A DNA stretch of 62,965 nucleotides, filler included, from Paramecium tetraurelia (Eukaryota), in the NCBI GenBank assembly GCA_000165425.1. It is 8 parts of 5 records of this genome, joined end to end, with 100 filler letters (N's around TTAATTAATTAA, not from the genome) between each part and the next. Parts side by side here need not be neighbours in the genome. Positions count along the whole stretch, not along the records: positions 19,870 to 43,855 come from CT868084.1; 7 more parts are not named here. One strand, written 5' to 3'. The position numbers were made by a program, and so were the translations under genes. Of this stretch, positions 26,901-41,200 are shown piece after piece (the stretch's first letter is position 1; each line of letters begins with the position of its first letter). Under the pieces are notes generated by a model, which worked only from the letters and a program-made list of their open reading frames with translations, made no database searches and was not told the origin of the DNA.

Positions 26901-29900
26901 ATTATACGATGAACCTACTTAATTAATAAATCCTTGTGATGATAATATAATACCTTTGAAATCACAATTAAATGATGGACTTAGAAGTTTGGTTGCAATA
27001 AAATGGACCTATTTTGTAATTGGTCCTAATGGCAATGGTGATATTGATAACTTTATTGCTTCATAAACAAAATACTAAATTTTAGAATTGGTAATCCCAT
27101 TTGAAACTCTACCAAAATAATCCAATATTACTTTCCAAGTGGAATTTCAAAATTTTGTTTCAAAATTAGGTGTTTAATAAATTAAATTGTAAACCAATTC
27201 TGGTCGCTTTCCCACTATTCTTTGGGTTTCAAAACCTACATATTATACATTTGAACCTATTGTTTTGGAATTTAATATTAAAAAAAAGGCTTGTTCCGAT
27301 ATGAATGCTACTTAAGTAGATAACTCTTAATTTTCTTTATCATTAGTTGAAATATACAAAAACGATTCCAATTCGAGGTCATCAAGAGTAAATTATTCAG
27401 AAATCACAAGTCAAAATAATTTTATTGTTACTATTGAAAGATATACTTTGACTCCTATGGTTGCATATACTTTTGAATAAACAACAAGCGATGTAATAGT
27501 TAATATTTCAACTAAAAGAAATATTACAATTGAAATTAGCTCAGGAGGTATTATGTGTCAATTTAATGGCACCAAAAAGATTTAAAATCATAGAAGAGAT
27601 ACTTAAATATTCATCTCATGTAAAGATTTAGATACTTAATACAACTGGAATTAAGATCCTAATATTGAAATCGATGTCCAGTGTTTTGACTTTAATATGA
27701 ATTCCCTCTGTGTAGATATATAAAACAAAATAATCCAAATTAATAAAACTGATACTTTCCAAACCATTCCAAAATACACAATATATCCTTATACTATTTA
27801 AAGTTGGACAGTAGTGGCTACAAAACAATCACGCTAATATAAATTTGAATAAAAATTAGTTTATATAGATGAAAATTTTGAATTATTGAATGTCACCTAC
27901 AATTAAGGATATTTAATGAGACCAGTCAATAATTACGAAAATTTGGAGTTCATCATTAATATTCCTTTTCAAGATAGATAGTATCTTCTTGAATATCAAG
28001 TTGCTATCATTTATAATTTCTAACTCATAAAGATTTTGCAATCTGAATACTTTTAATTCTAATTTAATATATATGATTATTACTAGAAATTTTCAGGAGT
28101 AAAAACAATTAATTTGAAATTTCTGGCTTAGTTTACTAATGAGATCATACCTTGCTAAGAGGATTTATAAATAATGATTAATTTACCGCCTTCCTGTTTT
28201 GTGAGCTTGAGTGAATAAATAGTTCAAGCATTAAAACCTTTAAAGGTACTTACAAACTGCCATTTTTCTAATACCGCTCCATTTACTTACCAATTGAGAT
28301 ACTTTCTTCATAATTAAGATTTAATTGATTTTATGAATCGAACAAATGATTATTCATTAATTTTGNNNNNNNNNNNNNNNNNNNNNNNNNNNNNNNNNNN
28401 NNNNNNNNNNNNNNNNNNNNNNNNNNNNNNNNNNNNNNNNNNNNNNNNNNNNNNNNNNNNNNNNNNNNNNNNNNNNNNNNNNNNNNNNNNNNNNNNNNNN
28501 NNNNNNNNNNNNNNNTATTGAACCATTAAGAAAAATAAAATTGTATTGATCTATCCAAATAGTTATATTCAAATATCAAAAACTTTTTAGATGCAGAAGA
28601 GAATGATGATCAATTATTAGTTTATCAAACGGCGAAACTGTATAAACGAATAATCCGAGATCATAATAATTTGAACTCTTCAAAGAGAATATTAAATGAG
28701 TATTCAGTGAGTTGCTTTAAAAATTCTACAAATTCCTTTTATGTCTAAAGTACACTGTTTAATACTTCATCAACTTTCACTACATCTAGTTTACTAAAGG
28801 AGTTATAATATATGAATACTACCGTTAAGAAAATGATAACAAAGCTAACTGATATTAAAGATTAAATTAACTTAAATGATGTTTTCTTGAATGAAAAACT
28901 GTATTAGAGCAAAGTAATTGTTTTGGACTCTTTATTAGCGGCGTAGCTTTTAATAGAGGATGTATTTCTTAAGATTCCAATGGCCACCATTAATTCTAAT
29001 ATAGATAAAGAAGAGATTATTAATGTAGCAGAGGGATTAATAAGTCTTATTGATGAAATTACAAAGCATGTTAACGTTCAGGCAAAAGTAAATGGTTCTC
29101 CATTAATTAATGATGGGTAAATCATAAAATGGTAATTGTCAAAAATTACGAAAGGAAAGTTTAATACGCAATTTAACATTGAAAGAGATTAATTAGATGG
29201 TTTGATTGACTATGTTCAAAAAGAACAAATAGAATTAAAATACAATTACTTAAATCTATCTCAACAATTATAAACCTAATTGCAAACATTCTTTAATTTA
29301 ACCACCCTATAAATAAATGAAAATTCATATAAGAAAATTTATCTATAGAATCATCTTTATAATAATCATTCTCAATATTATTAGGATCCCCTTACAACAT
29401 ACATAATCGATATGATTTAAATTCCATACTGTTTAGAATAGGCTCCTTTAGAAAAACCATATTCATATGATTGTGTTAATATCAATATGAAGGGATAATT
29501 ATTTAAATGTGATTTAATAACTGAAGAAATTGATAATACAACTGTGTAAGTATCATGTAGATGTCAAAAACTAGGAAGTATCTTTCTAATTCAATATCCC
29601 AACAACTCAGCTATATAATAAAATGGCACCTATAATTCTTAGGAAAATAGAATTAATTCAAATATAAAATTAGATGAATAACCAATTTTATTATTTCATG
29701 GCATTTTCATAGTTTTTTCTTTCCTCATTTATTATGAATTACTTTAAATCGAAATGAGATCTAAATAATAGCAAGTAGAATCCAGATTAGAAACAGAAAA
29801 TAGTGTAGATGAAGCTTTGAAATAAGGAAAAATTCAATAAATCATCTTTTATCCAGGAAATTTTGTTTTATTCAAAAAATACTTCAAAGTAAATAACATT

Positions 29901-30473
29901 ATAAATATCTAGTTTATTCATGAAGTATTATCATGCTTTTATAAGGGAGATCCTATCCTTCCCAAAAGTTATCGATTTTTGTAGCTATCAATTAAAATAA
30001 GTATTTTCATTTTATTTACATTTTTGTAAATAAATTTGATAGGTGTATATCAACTTTTCACAATATTATTTGCCAATTGTGGAATTTACTTACTTATTCG
30101 AATGATTTTAAAGATCTTTCAGTCAGTTTATAGATTTGGTGGGAAATGTAGTAATTCTATAGTAATCTTTTATCTCTTAATACATTTATTATGCTATTTA
30201 GGGCTTGTTCTATAATTGAAGCAATGGTACATATGTATTTATCTTTTTAGTTAAATAGACATTTAAATAATCAATATTGAAGTTTCACTTATTATAATAG
30301 GCTCACTCTTTTAATTTTATGTTATTATGGAACCAATTATGATATTCTCAAGAATATTTCTTTTTAGACATATCGCCATTTAAAGTAGACATTAAACAAT
30401 TACTCCTTTAAATTAACTATTCTACTTTTTTGTTTAACATAACACATTAGATGAACATCTTAATAATTATTGA
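20914..30473 (+). CDS. Giant polycystin-1-like receptor: signal peptide, two lectin-like domains, furin-like Cys repeats, REJ-like region, GAIN/GPS, about 5 TM
   Basis: Starts MIQSSFAIILYLNCLIKVFG. Two domains end in (W/F)GIRD(I/F). Cys repeats run ~22060-26550 and the REJ-like region starts ~26560. GPS-like YDC..FKC..SCRCQKLGS at 29466-29580. TM segments 29680-30360, stop TGA 30471-30473. About 23 introns of 21-28 nt, two internal N gaps, and one homopolymer frameshift near 26170. Confidence 0.9.
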
Positions 30474-30489
30474 AATATTATAATCACAT

Positions 30490-31576
30490 TATACATTATA
30501 TAAAATTATGAGTTCTGAAACTTTCTTATTAGACCTATCTTCAGTTTCTTCACAAATGCTATCTATCTAAACCTTCAGACATATACTGCTTACAGAGAAC
30601 CATTATTATTTTCGTGATGCAATAGTTTTGCCTCCGTTTGCAAAGAATGCATTTCTCATTTCGTTCAGGATGTTTAGCCTATGATTTTATATATGCAACT
30701 ACATGTTATACTAATTATCAAAATAATGCACCTTACAGGATAAAACTAGACATTAATAAGCAAAGAATTTGTATTACTATGCTAAAAATGGATTAATGTT
30801 TATTCCTGCTCGGGTTGTTCTATGGGAACTTTTAATATCAATCTTTATAAAATTTGCTCTATATGTTACACAAAGATGGATACCTTATGAATGGATGTAC
30901 AATTTTTATCAATAAATGTATTATTGAGTAATTTAAGATTTAGTTAATGGTAATGCTATTAATAATCTCCTTATAGAACTTAAATGAAAATATTAAATAG
31001 TGGATCACTTCTTTGTAATAAAGAATGCTCCATATATTATTCAACTATTTCTGTTCAGAGTTTCCTATAGAACCTATTTAGATATAAATTTTGAAGAAGT
31101 TATGCAGATCCATAGTCAGAATGTTTTATGTTAAAGTATTCGAGTAAACTCATATTGATTCTCAAGGTGAAACAAAATGATATGCCTTTTGTCCTGATCC
31201 AAGCATTTTTAAAATTAGCTAACTCAACATTTTATAATAATTGATTAAAATTAGCGGCTGATAACCATATTAATATTTCCTCAGCTTTTTCTCTCAATAT
31301 TATTATTCTTCTACAAATAGTAATATAGTTTACATTGTGTCTTTCATTCAATATCCCCTTGACTTTCAATTCTTCTAAAAATTTAATTCAATTTTCAGAT
31401 CCTGAATTTTAGGTTTATTTTCTTTTTTTACAATTATCATTTAAGATGCTTCTCTAATTTTTAGTAATTATTCTTGATTACCTTGCGATTTTTTTATCAT
31501 AATTTTCTTCTTTAATAATTAGGATTTGCATTCTATCTAGTAGCCCTATAGATCTAATTCAAGAAATATCATACTA
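30490..31576 (-). pseudogene. Hypothetical convergent ORF remnant
   Basis: Minus-strand coding-like frames (FLEELKVKGILNERHNVNYITICRR...) with frameshifts and TGAs. The 5' end lies in the N gap. Confidence 0.25.
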
Positions 31577-32276
31577 NNNNNNNNNNNNNNNNNNNNNNNN
31601 NNNNNNNNNNNNNNNNNNNNNNNNNNNNNNNNNNNNNNNNNNNNNNNNNNNNNNNNNNNNNNNNNNNNNNNNNNNNNNNNNNNNNNNNNNNNNNNNNNNN
31701 NNNNNNNNNNNNNNNNNNNNNNNNNNNNNNNNNNNNNNNNNNNNNNNNNNNNNNNNNNNNNNNNNNNNNNNNNNNNNNNNNNNNNNNNNNNNNNNNNNNN
31801 NNNNNNNNNNNNNNNNNNNNNNNNNNNNNNNNNNNNNNNNNNNNNNNNNNNNNNNNNNNNNNNNNNNNNNNNNNNNNNNNNNNNNNNNNNNNNNNNNNNN
31901 NNNNNNNNNNNNNNNNNNNNNNNNNNNNNNNNNNNNNNNNNNNNNNNNNNNNNNNNNNNNNNNNNNNNNNNNNNNNNNNNNNNNNNNNNNNNNNNNNNNN
32001 NNNNNNNNNNNNNNNNNNNNNNNNNNNNNNNNNNNNNNNNNNNNNNNNNNNNNNNNNNNNNNNNNNNNNNNNNNNNNNNNNNNNNNNNNNNNNNNNNNNN
32101 NNNNNNNNNNNNNNNNNNNNNNNNNNNNNNNNNNNNNNNNNNNNNNNNNNCTTTAAATAACAATTTATCATATAAAATTGTATTAGTAATTATTTTTGAA
32201 TTAATTATAAACATAAATTAATTAATTACATACGGAATGAAAATTTAAATCCATTTTTAATTAATTATTTATTAAT

Positions 32277-35200
32277 ATGCTTGTTTTAATAATGGTAATT
32301 TTACTTTTATTACCCTTCCAAAGCCAAGCTTAAAGATTAAAACTTTAAGGAACGAAGCCTATATATATGAATTGCATATAGATAGATGAAAGTTTTAAAA
32401 ATTTAATATATCGTAGGAGAGAATGGCTTTGTGGGAAGCTAGTACTTTTATGAGTCCCTTTCATAATCTGGAAATCTGCTAAATCTTGATAAGATTACAT
32501 TCACCTTATGGATAAACATATATTAACAATCTAAATTGCCTGGAAAGTAAATTTTGTTTGCTTTTGTTGATGGAAACACTAATAATCCTGTAAATTATTA
32601 ATTCATAATAGTATCTTAATTTAATGTTGTATTATTAAGCATCTGCAGGAAATTACAATATGACCTTATTGAATTAAAGATAGACTCAAGAAATCGTTAA
32701 CTTAACACGGTATACATTTTATATATTCAAGGTAAAATGATCTTTCTATTGGCAGTTGGTGTCATATTGTATTATCTATAGACTAGAGTACAAACAATAC
32801 ATTTATTAATTTGAAATTCTTTTCTACAATTAATTAGAAAATGAATTCAATTTAAGAGACTTTAGTGAATTAAAAGTATATAATTTGTTATAATTAGATT
32901 AAAATATAATTTTGGGGTGCATTCTAGAATAACAAATGAGTAATTATTTAACACTTCCACTGATTACAAAGCATGTGTAAATATTGCTAATTTTTATTAT
33001 ATAAATGGATGGACAACAATGGATTCAGAAATTTATTTGGACTATGATTTAGAACTGAAATACTTTCTAAAACCTTATTAATTAAAAGGACTGAATGTTA
33101 CCAATTAATTTACAAATGTAGCTTTGAGATAATAGTCCAACCAAATATTTTATAGTGATTCTGTTGGATTACTGTTGTTTAAGAATACACGGATAGTGTA
33201 TAATTTTATGGAGGATCTAGGTTCCTTAACAATTATGTTTTGGATTAAACCATAAAATATAATATCGCTTTTTTAGTTTATTTCTTTGACTGATGATGCA
33301 TTGCAGCAGATAAGCCTTGGTTTTGGAATAAATTTTGACTATTAATTATAATTTCATTAAAATTATGGAAATTCCGCCTTAGGTTAACTATCTAATAGCA
33401 CTTGGTCTCATGTGACAGCCGGTGTTTTAGAGCTAAGTTATAATGCTGATTTTATTCCAACAAATTAAAAAAAATTATTGAGAGTTTATATTGACAGCAT
33501 CTAGGTTTCATAGAAAATCATATAAAATGTAATAGCATACAAAAGATTAATATTTGGACCAATATTTACTGATGAACTTGGAACAGAAATGATTGATATC
33601 TAAGACATCAGAATTTTTAAAGGTTATGGCATTAAACAAGGTCAAGGGGATTGTTTATTATTTGTTGGTGCGTACTGTGCATTCTGCTCACCTAACACTC
33701 ATTATTGCAAGGAACAAGATCCGAATGATGATATAAATATATATAATTGTACAGCTGGCTTTAAAGAAACTTAGAATGGTTGTTCACCTATAACAATCTA
33801 GAATTGTCTAAGACAAAGGGGATCAGCTTGTATAAATTGTGCAGATAATTATAATTTATAAAATGGATAATGCTAGTAGATAAATTCTTTAGTGTCCCCA
33901 TATGCTTGCTCAGATCCTAATGCAATATTTTGCAAAAGAAACATATCGAGTTCTATTAATGAATGGAGCAAACTTTGTCAACCAAATTTTAGCATTTAGA
34001 ATGCTACAGCTTATTGCCAATAGAATTCACTAAATACTTGCTAGTAGGCTTAATTCTTTAGAGCTTGCTATATATGCAAAGATGGCTAATATTTAACAGA
34101 ATTAAATACATGTCAACAGACTTGTACACCCAATTACAGATTTTAGTCAAATCGAGTTTGCCTAAAAAAGTGTCCAGGAAAATATTTTTACAAGTACAAT
34201 TGTTGGAATACAGAATAACCCCCTACATACTAATGTAGAAGTACGAACAATTGCAGTTTTGAGGAAATGAATATCGGTTATTATTGCTTAAGTGTTGTAG
34301 AATAAAGTTTTAAGTACTAAAAATGTGAGAGGTTTGACTAGAGACCAAATAATTGGAATTTAGAAGGATGCAACTTCCCCTGTAAATATTGCTTTGGCGG
34401 AAAGGAAAATCAATGTTTGGGTTGTGATAAACCTTATTTCTTTAGTCCGTATGACACAACTTGTGTTATTGATTGTAATAATCTTAGCTTATTTAAATAT
34501 AATAATAGAGATACAATGGTTTGTGAAATAGAGTGCCCACCATCATATTTAACATAGGAATTAGAATGTGTCAAGAGTTGTAAAGATGGCTATGCTATTT
34601 ATAATAATACAGTATGCCTACCATAATCTCAAATTACAGATAACTTCTTAGTGACTAACTATGATTCTACCTAACCAAAAACCATATTTGTTGATTGCCC
34701 TCAAGTTTGCTAAACATGCACAAGTAAAACACATTGCACTCGTTGTCTAAATCATTATATTTTAAACTAAAATAAATGTCTTATAACATGCTATCCACTA
34801 TATCTCTATATTGATGAAGATGATGTAAATCATTGCCTAACTAGCTGTGATCCAAATGATTTTGTATATGACAACCCTAATATTGACGGATATTCTATTA
34901 GACAATGCTTCAAATAAAAATGTGGCTCAATTTAGATTAATAAGTAGTAATAAACTTATTTACATTAAACGAAACCTTAGACTTGTGTGTATCCATGTGA
35001 TGATCAATATTATTTTCAATAAAATACAGATTAATGCTTAAAATGCAACTCAATTTGTTAGAATTGTTAAAACTCAGCCAATTTTTGTACTAAATGCTGG
35101 CCAGGCACTTTTCTTTAAGATAGTAGTTGTTTCACTTCCTGCGAATCTAAATTTAAGAATTATATCAATAATCAGTGTGAAGGCTCATGCTCTAGCGGAT

Positions 35201-38200
35201 TTACAATTAATGACATTAAAATTCAAGCCTGTGTCTCTTTTTGTGGGGAAATATATTCTATTTTCACCTACGTACTCAATGGTCAATGCTATCAGAATCC
35301 TCCCACAACTGGAGCATATTGCATAGGCTAATAGTGTTACAATTGCTTTTATAAATGCAAGACTTGTTCTGGTCCCTAAAGTAATCAGTGTTTATCCTGT
35401 TATGATAAAACATTTCTCTTAAACAATGAGTGTGTACTAGATTGTTAGGATAAGTTTTATGATTTGTTAAATTGGAAATGCGTCAATGTTTGTCCAAACA
35501 ATGTTTATGCTACTTCTGGTTATGAATTTATTAATGCAGTTTTTAAACTAGTCAAATTCTGTTCCTCAACCTGCTTATATAATTAGTTTTAATATAACGG
35601 CTAATGTACTGATATATAACCAGAAAATACTTTCTATATACAAAAGACTAATTATAGATTATGTGGTATTTGTACAGATGCATGTAAAACATGTTTTGAT
35701 TCCTATTCAACTACTTGTAGTGAATGCAATCCAGGATCTTATTTATACAATACTACTTGCTCTACCGAATGTCCTGATGATATGCCCTATAAAGATACAC
35801 TTAATAATTTATGTGTTGTTACTTGCACTAGTTATTAAGAAAATGGATATTGTGTTGCTGGCTGTTCAGATAATTATTACCGGTATGATGCTCAGAAATA
35901 ATGTCATGAATTCGGTTGTCCGAAAGGAACTTATAACTAAGCTTCTACATTTAATTGCTATAATTGTGCTCTTGGATGTGCTACTTGTACGAATGGATCA
36001 TCAAATTCATGTATTACATGTATAGAAGGATATTTTCTGCAAGGTAGATCAACATGCACAAATGTCTGTAATATGGATCCAGATATTTATTAAGATTGGA
36101 TTAATGGAAAATGTGCTAAATAGTGTCCAACTGAAACTTACTTGTAAACCTTACCTAGTGGATCCCTAGCATGTAAAGTAACTTGCCCTGTATATTAATA
36201 TTCAAATATTTGTGTAGCAACATGTCCTGATGAAACTTTTTCTGATGGAAATATTTGTACTTCATGCGCAGGACCTTGCAGTGTTTGTTATGGTAAATAA
36301 GTTAGCTAATGCACAAAATGTGATTCTGGATATTACTTGGCTGATACTACTTGTGTCGAAGTATGTCCAAATACAAAACCTTATGCAAATCTATCTAATT
36401 AGACTTGTGTCTCAACTTGCCCAGGTTACTTATATTTAGCTAAAAAAATGTGTTTTAGCTCTTGTCCAGGTTTCTTGGCTATTTATCAATTAAATGGTAA
36501 AAAGGAATGTGTTGATTAATGCTATTATTCAAAATCTTATCTATCTTCAGGAATTTGCTTACCATGCAATTCTATTTGTAAAGAATGCTATGGACCTTTA
36601 AATGGAAATTGTTTAGAATGCGAATCATCTTATTATTTATATTAATCAAAATGTTAATCATCTTGTCCATCATTATTATACACTGACTTAACAGATAGAA
36701 CTTGCAAGGAATCTTGTCCATCCACTACTGTTAGATAAGGTTGGTATTGTAAAACCAATTGTGATATTAATTATTCTTAGTATGGTTAAGTTTGTGTCAC
36801 ACTATGTCCAACATTTACCTACAAATTAAATTCAAAATGTTTACTTTGCAATTCTCTATGTAGGACTTGCACTGGACCCTTAGTAAGTTAGTGTTCCTCC
36901 TGCTTGGAAAACTATTTATTAAATAATACTACTTGCACATAAACTTGCCCAAACCTATATGATTTCGAGACTTAAAAATGTGTCAGCACTTGTGGTACAA
37001 AGTATGAATTAACTGACTTCAAAAGTTGCGTGACAACTTGTCCAAAAGGATATTTAAAATGCAGTAAAAATTGTTTGAAAACTCCACCCGATGGGTATTA
37101 TTCAGATGGAGTAAATTGCATTTAATGCAATAGTAGGTGTGCCAAATGCACATCCCTAAATGTATGCTAAGCATGTAGTAAAAACAACTTTCTAACTTTT
37201 GATACCTGTGCTAATTTTTGTACTAATAAATATCTTTATATGGATCCAACAACATAGATATGTGTCACAAAATGTCCACCCTAACTTTACCATTAAGAAT
37301 CCTATGATAAAAGAAGTTGTGTTGAGGATTGTCTCTTTGGCTTTAAATTTAATCATTAATGTGTTGATTCCTGTCCAAAAGGAATGTATGTTAAGAATAA
37401 TTTCTGTATGAGTTGCCCTAGACTTGTGAAGAATGTACTTTCTACAACAAACTGCACTCTATGTGGTAAAGATTATTTTTTGGAAAATGGGCTTTGTTAG
37501 TTAAGTTGTTTAGTTGGCAAAACTGATTATAAAAACCATGCATGTGTCTCATAATGCGATCCATCATTATTTGAATATTAAAATTAATGTTTAGAAAGTT
37601 GTCCCACAAATCCAGTAGTCTATTATCATTCAAATATCTGTATGGATGCATGTCCGAATAATACATTCTAGAATAATTAAGAATGTTTGGATTGTGATGT
37701 GTCATGTTCATCATGTATAGGTCCATCAAACAATGATTGCTTAGTTTGCAAAGAAACCTACTATTTGCTTGACTAATAATGTATTCTCACTTGTCCTTTT
37801 TTATACAATGAAGTAGATAGATCTTGTGTTATTTCTTGTCCTCCAAACTTTTTTTAGAATGGCAGTAGGTGTTTGTAGATTTGTAGTTAATACATGTACT
37901 TTGATACTTGTATGTCAAGCTGTCCACCAGCAACATACCATTCAAATTTCATTTGCTATGACTGCTCTTAGGATTGTCTTGAATGCGATTCTTTTGGTTG
38001 TCTTAAATGTGGAAATGGTTCATTTTTAAATGATGGAATTTGTAGTAATTTTTGCCCATACTTTTACAATATTATCTCAAATCAATGCGAGGAATAGTGT
38101 CCAAAAGGAACATTTCTTTATATCGATCAATGCTATGCATCCTGTCCAGCAAATACATATACATATCTGTAAACATGCCTTTTAGACTGCCCTTGGAAAA

Positions 38201-41200
38201 CTATTGCAATAGATTCTATTTGCTACTAATGCCCAGAGAGATGTTCTGTTTGTAAAAATTAATATGAATGTCTGAATTGTGACCCACCTTATTACTAATA
38301 TAAAGGAGAATGTGTTGTGGCATGTCCAAAAGTACTTCCATATTAGAATAAAGTTTACCATGTATGTTAATCAGAATGTTCTCCAAATACATATAAAAAA
38401 GATATGACTGTTTTAAAGAATGCGATTTAATATTTATTAGAATAAATGTTTAAAACANNNNNNNNNNNNNNNNNNNNNNNNNNNNNNNNNNNNNNNNNNN
38501 NNNNNNNNNNNNNNNNNNNNNNNNNNNNNNNNNNNNNNNNNNNNNNNNNNNNNNNNNNNNNNNNNNNNNNNNNNNNNNNNNNNNNNNNNNNNNNNNNNNN
38601 NNNNNNNNNNNNNNNNNNNNNNNNNNNNNNNNNNNNNNNNNNNNNNNNNNNNNNNNNNNNNNNNNNNNNNNNNNNNNNNNNNNNNNNNNNNNNNNNNNNN
38701 NNNNNNNNNNNNNNNNNNNNNNNNNNNNNNNNNNNNNNNNNNNNNNNNNNNNNNNNNNNNNNNNNNNNNNNNNNNNNNNNNNNNNNNNNNNNNNNNNNNN
38801 NNNNNNNNNNNNNNNNNNNNNNNNNNNNNNNNNNNNNNNNNNNNNNNNNNNNNNNNNNNNNNNNNNNNNNNNNNNNNNNNNNNNNNNNNNNNNNNNNNNN
38901 NNNNNNNNNNNNNNNNNNNNNNNNNNNNNNNNNNNNNNNNNNNNNNNNNNNNNNNNNNNNNNNNNNNNNNNNNNNNNNNNNNNNNNNNNNNNNNNNNNNN
39001 NNNNNNNNNNNNNNNNNNNNNNNNNNNNNNNNNNNNNNNNNNNNNNNNNNNNNNNNNNNNNATTCAAAAAATTGTTTATTTTGGATATTTGATTTCTGTT
39101 AATTTAATTAACCCTTTCTAACCCTCAAGTTGTTATTTTTGGTTTGAAAATGCTTAAATATTTGGACAAAATGCTTAATGTTATTTGTCATGGGACAGAT
39201 ATGTAGTTCACATCTTATTGGAGCCATATGCCTCTGTCAATATTGGAGATAAATTGAGTTTCTAATAATCTTTCTATCGAGATGTAAATGAAGGTCTTTG
39301 TGATGGATAATATATTGAGACATTTATTGATAGTACTGTTAAGGGACCATCAGCCTAAACTAAACCTTATGTACTTTTTGATGTGCCATCGGTTGTAAGT
39401 ACCTGTAAGACAATTGAAGTGAAACAAATATTACTTGATGGAACAGCAAAAAAGATTCAAAAAGTGTTATTTTGGACTCTTCATGAAATGGATAATGACA
39501 ATCATTATTTATAAATAGATGCATTTTTGGCAGAACAAAAAGATGAGTTCATCATTCCTATAGGTACCTTAGCCTCTAATGTTACTTATACCATAACAGC
39601 CAAATATATGAATTTCATAAAAAGAGTGAATTTCACAACCTTCACATTCACTACACTACCAGATCTAGTTCCTTATGTTTTTCTATAATATAATCCTTTG
39701 ATAGCTAAGGTTTATGTTTTCGATTGTAAAAGCACATATTCTGATATGAAAAATGAGTTTAATTTAGCCATTCAAATTTCTGATTCAGAAAATAAAACTT
39801 ACATTTCCATACAACAATCCATTAACCCCATTTATGAAGTTATATTAAATGAATCTCTATTACCAAAAGAAATCCCATTATTTTTTGTGGCATCAACAAC
39901 AAGTTCGGTCATTCATGAAAAATTTTATCTAAAATCGAAAAAGATTGACATTTAATTCCTTTAGAAGGATAGATTTATAGGATTAGACAATTAAATTAAT
40001 GCAAGAGCCTTTGATAGAAATATATAAGATGAAGTGTTAAGTACATTAAAATATTGAATATTAATGGCAGTGTAATAATTTATTCAATTTATAACCTTGT
40101 AAGACAGAAGAAAATAAAATTATGGAATTTCCATCCAGAAGAATTACTGATATTCTTGCAGATAGCTAAAATACTACTTTCGTCTTCTTTGTTAAAGCAT
40201 CGAAAGATAATAGATGGACTGTAAAGGAGTAGTTGATAGTTGTCACAGATTTTGAAATTGAGGAACAATTCGTTTTAAATAAAGAAATCCCTCAAAACGC
40301 CGTCAATCTTAATGATGAAATAACTATTTTAATAAGAAATAATTAAAAATATGCTTTCATAATGCAAGAATTCAAGATCTTGGCATCTATTAAAACTACA
40401 GGCTAAACTTTAAAGTTTAGGCTCACAGGATTAACAACCAATTACAATAGTCCTGTGTACATATATCTAGTCCCAGGAAATGAATCTATAGCATTTCAGC
40501 TAAACATTCCTCCTTCAGATGTTTAATTTCATATAGATCCTCTCGTAGGTGAATCTTTAGATTACTTTAACTATTCTATACACAACTTACAACCTGATAA
40601 TACATTTAGCATTTATTACTATTTTGACAAGCTTACTCTTTAAAATGATGTAAACTTATAATCAGTCAATAAAGGTATCCCATTGGTGATTAATTCACAA
40701 GTATTGACAGGTTCTTTCTAGCTTCCAAACGGAATTATTGATGATGCAATATCCATTCTTTGTTAAATTGAATCAGCAAAGGGATCAAAGTCCTATTTAG
40801 TATAAGATATTCAAGTCAATAGAAAAAATTATCAGACTAATAAATTATTCTAATCCTTTAATAATCAAACTAATTTTTCAAATTTGCAAAGCATTCATAC
40901 GATGATTAAACTTATGGAAATTGAATAATAATAGGTCTGCTTGAAACAATGCTCAGGTGTTGGTACATGCATTGACAAAAAGTGCAAATGTCCTCCAGAA
41001 TATTATTTTGATGATTGCAGTGGAACCATAGAAGAATACAATAATTTTAACAGCCTTATTTTAAATGCTTTGCAATAATTAATTAAAATTCCAATAAAAT
41101 ATGATGATGAGTTTAGATTATTTAGCTAATCTTTATTACATTTATCCACTCTAAAAGATTTAAATAATACAATTACAAATTCAAATTGTTAGAAAATATT

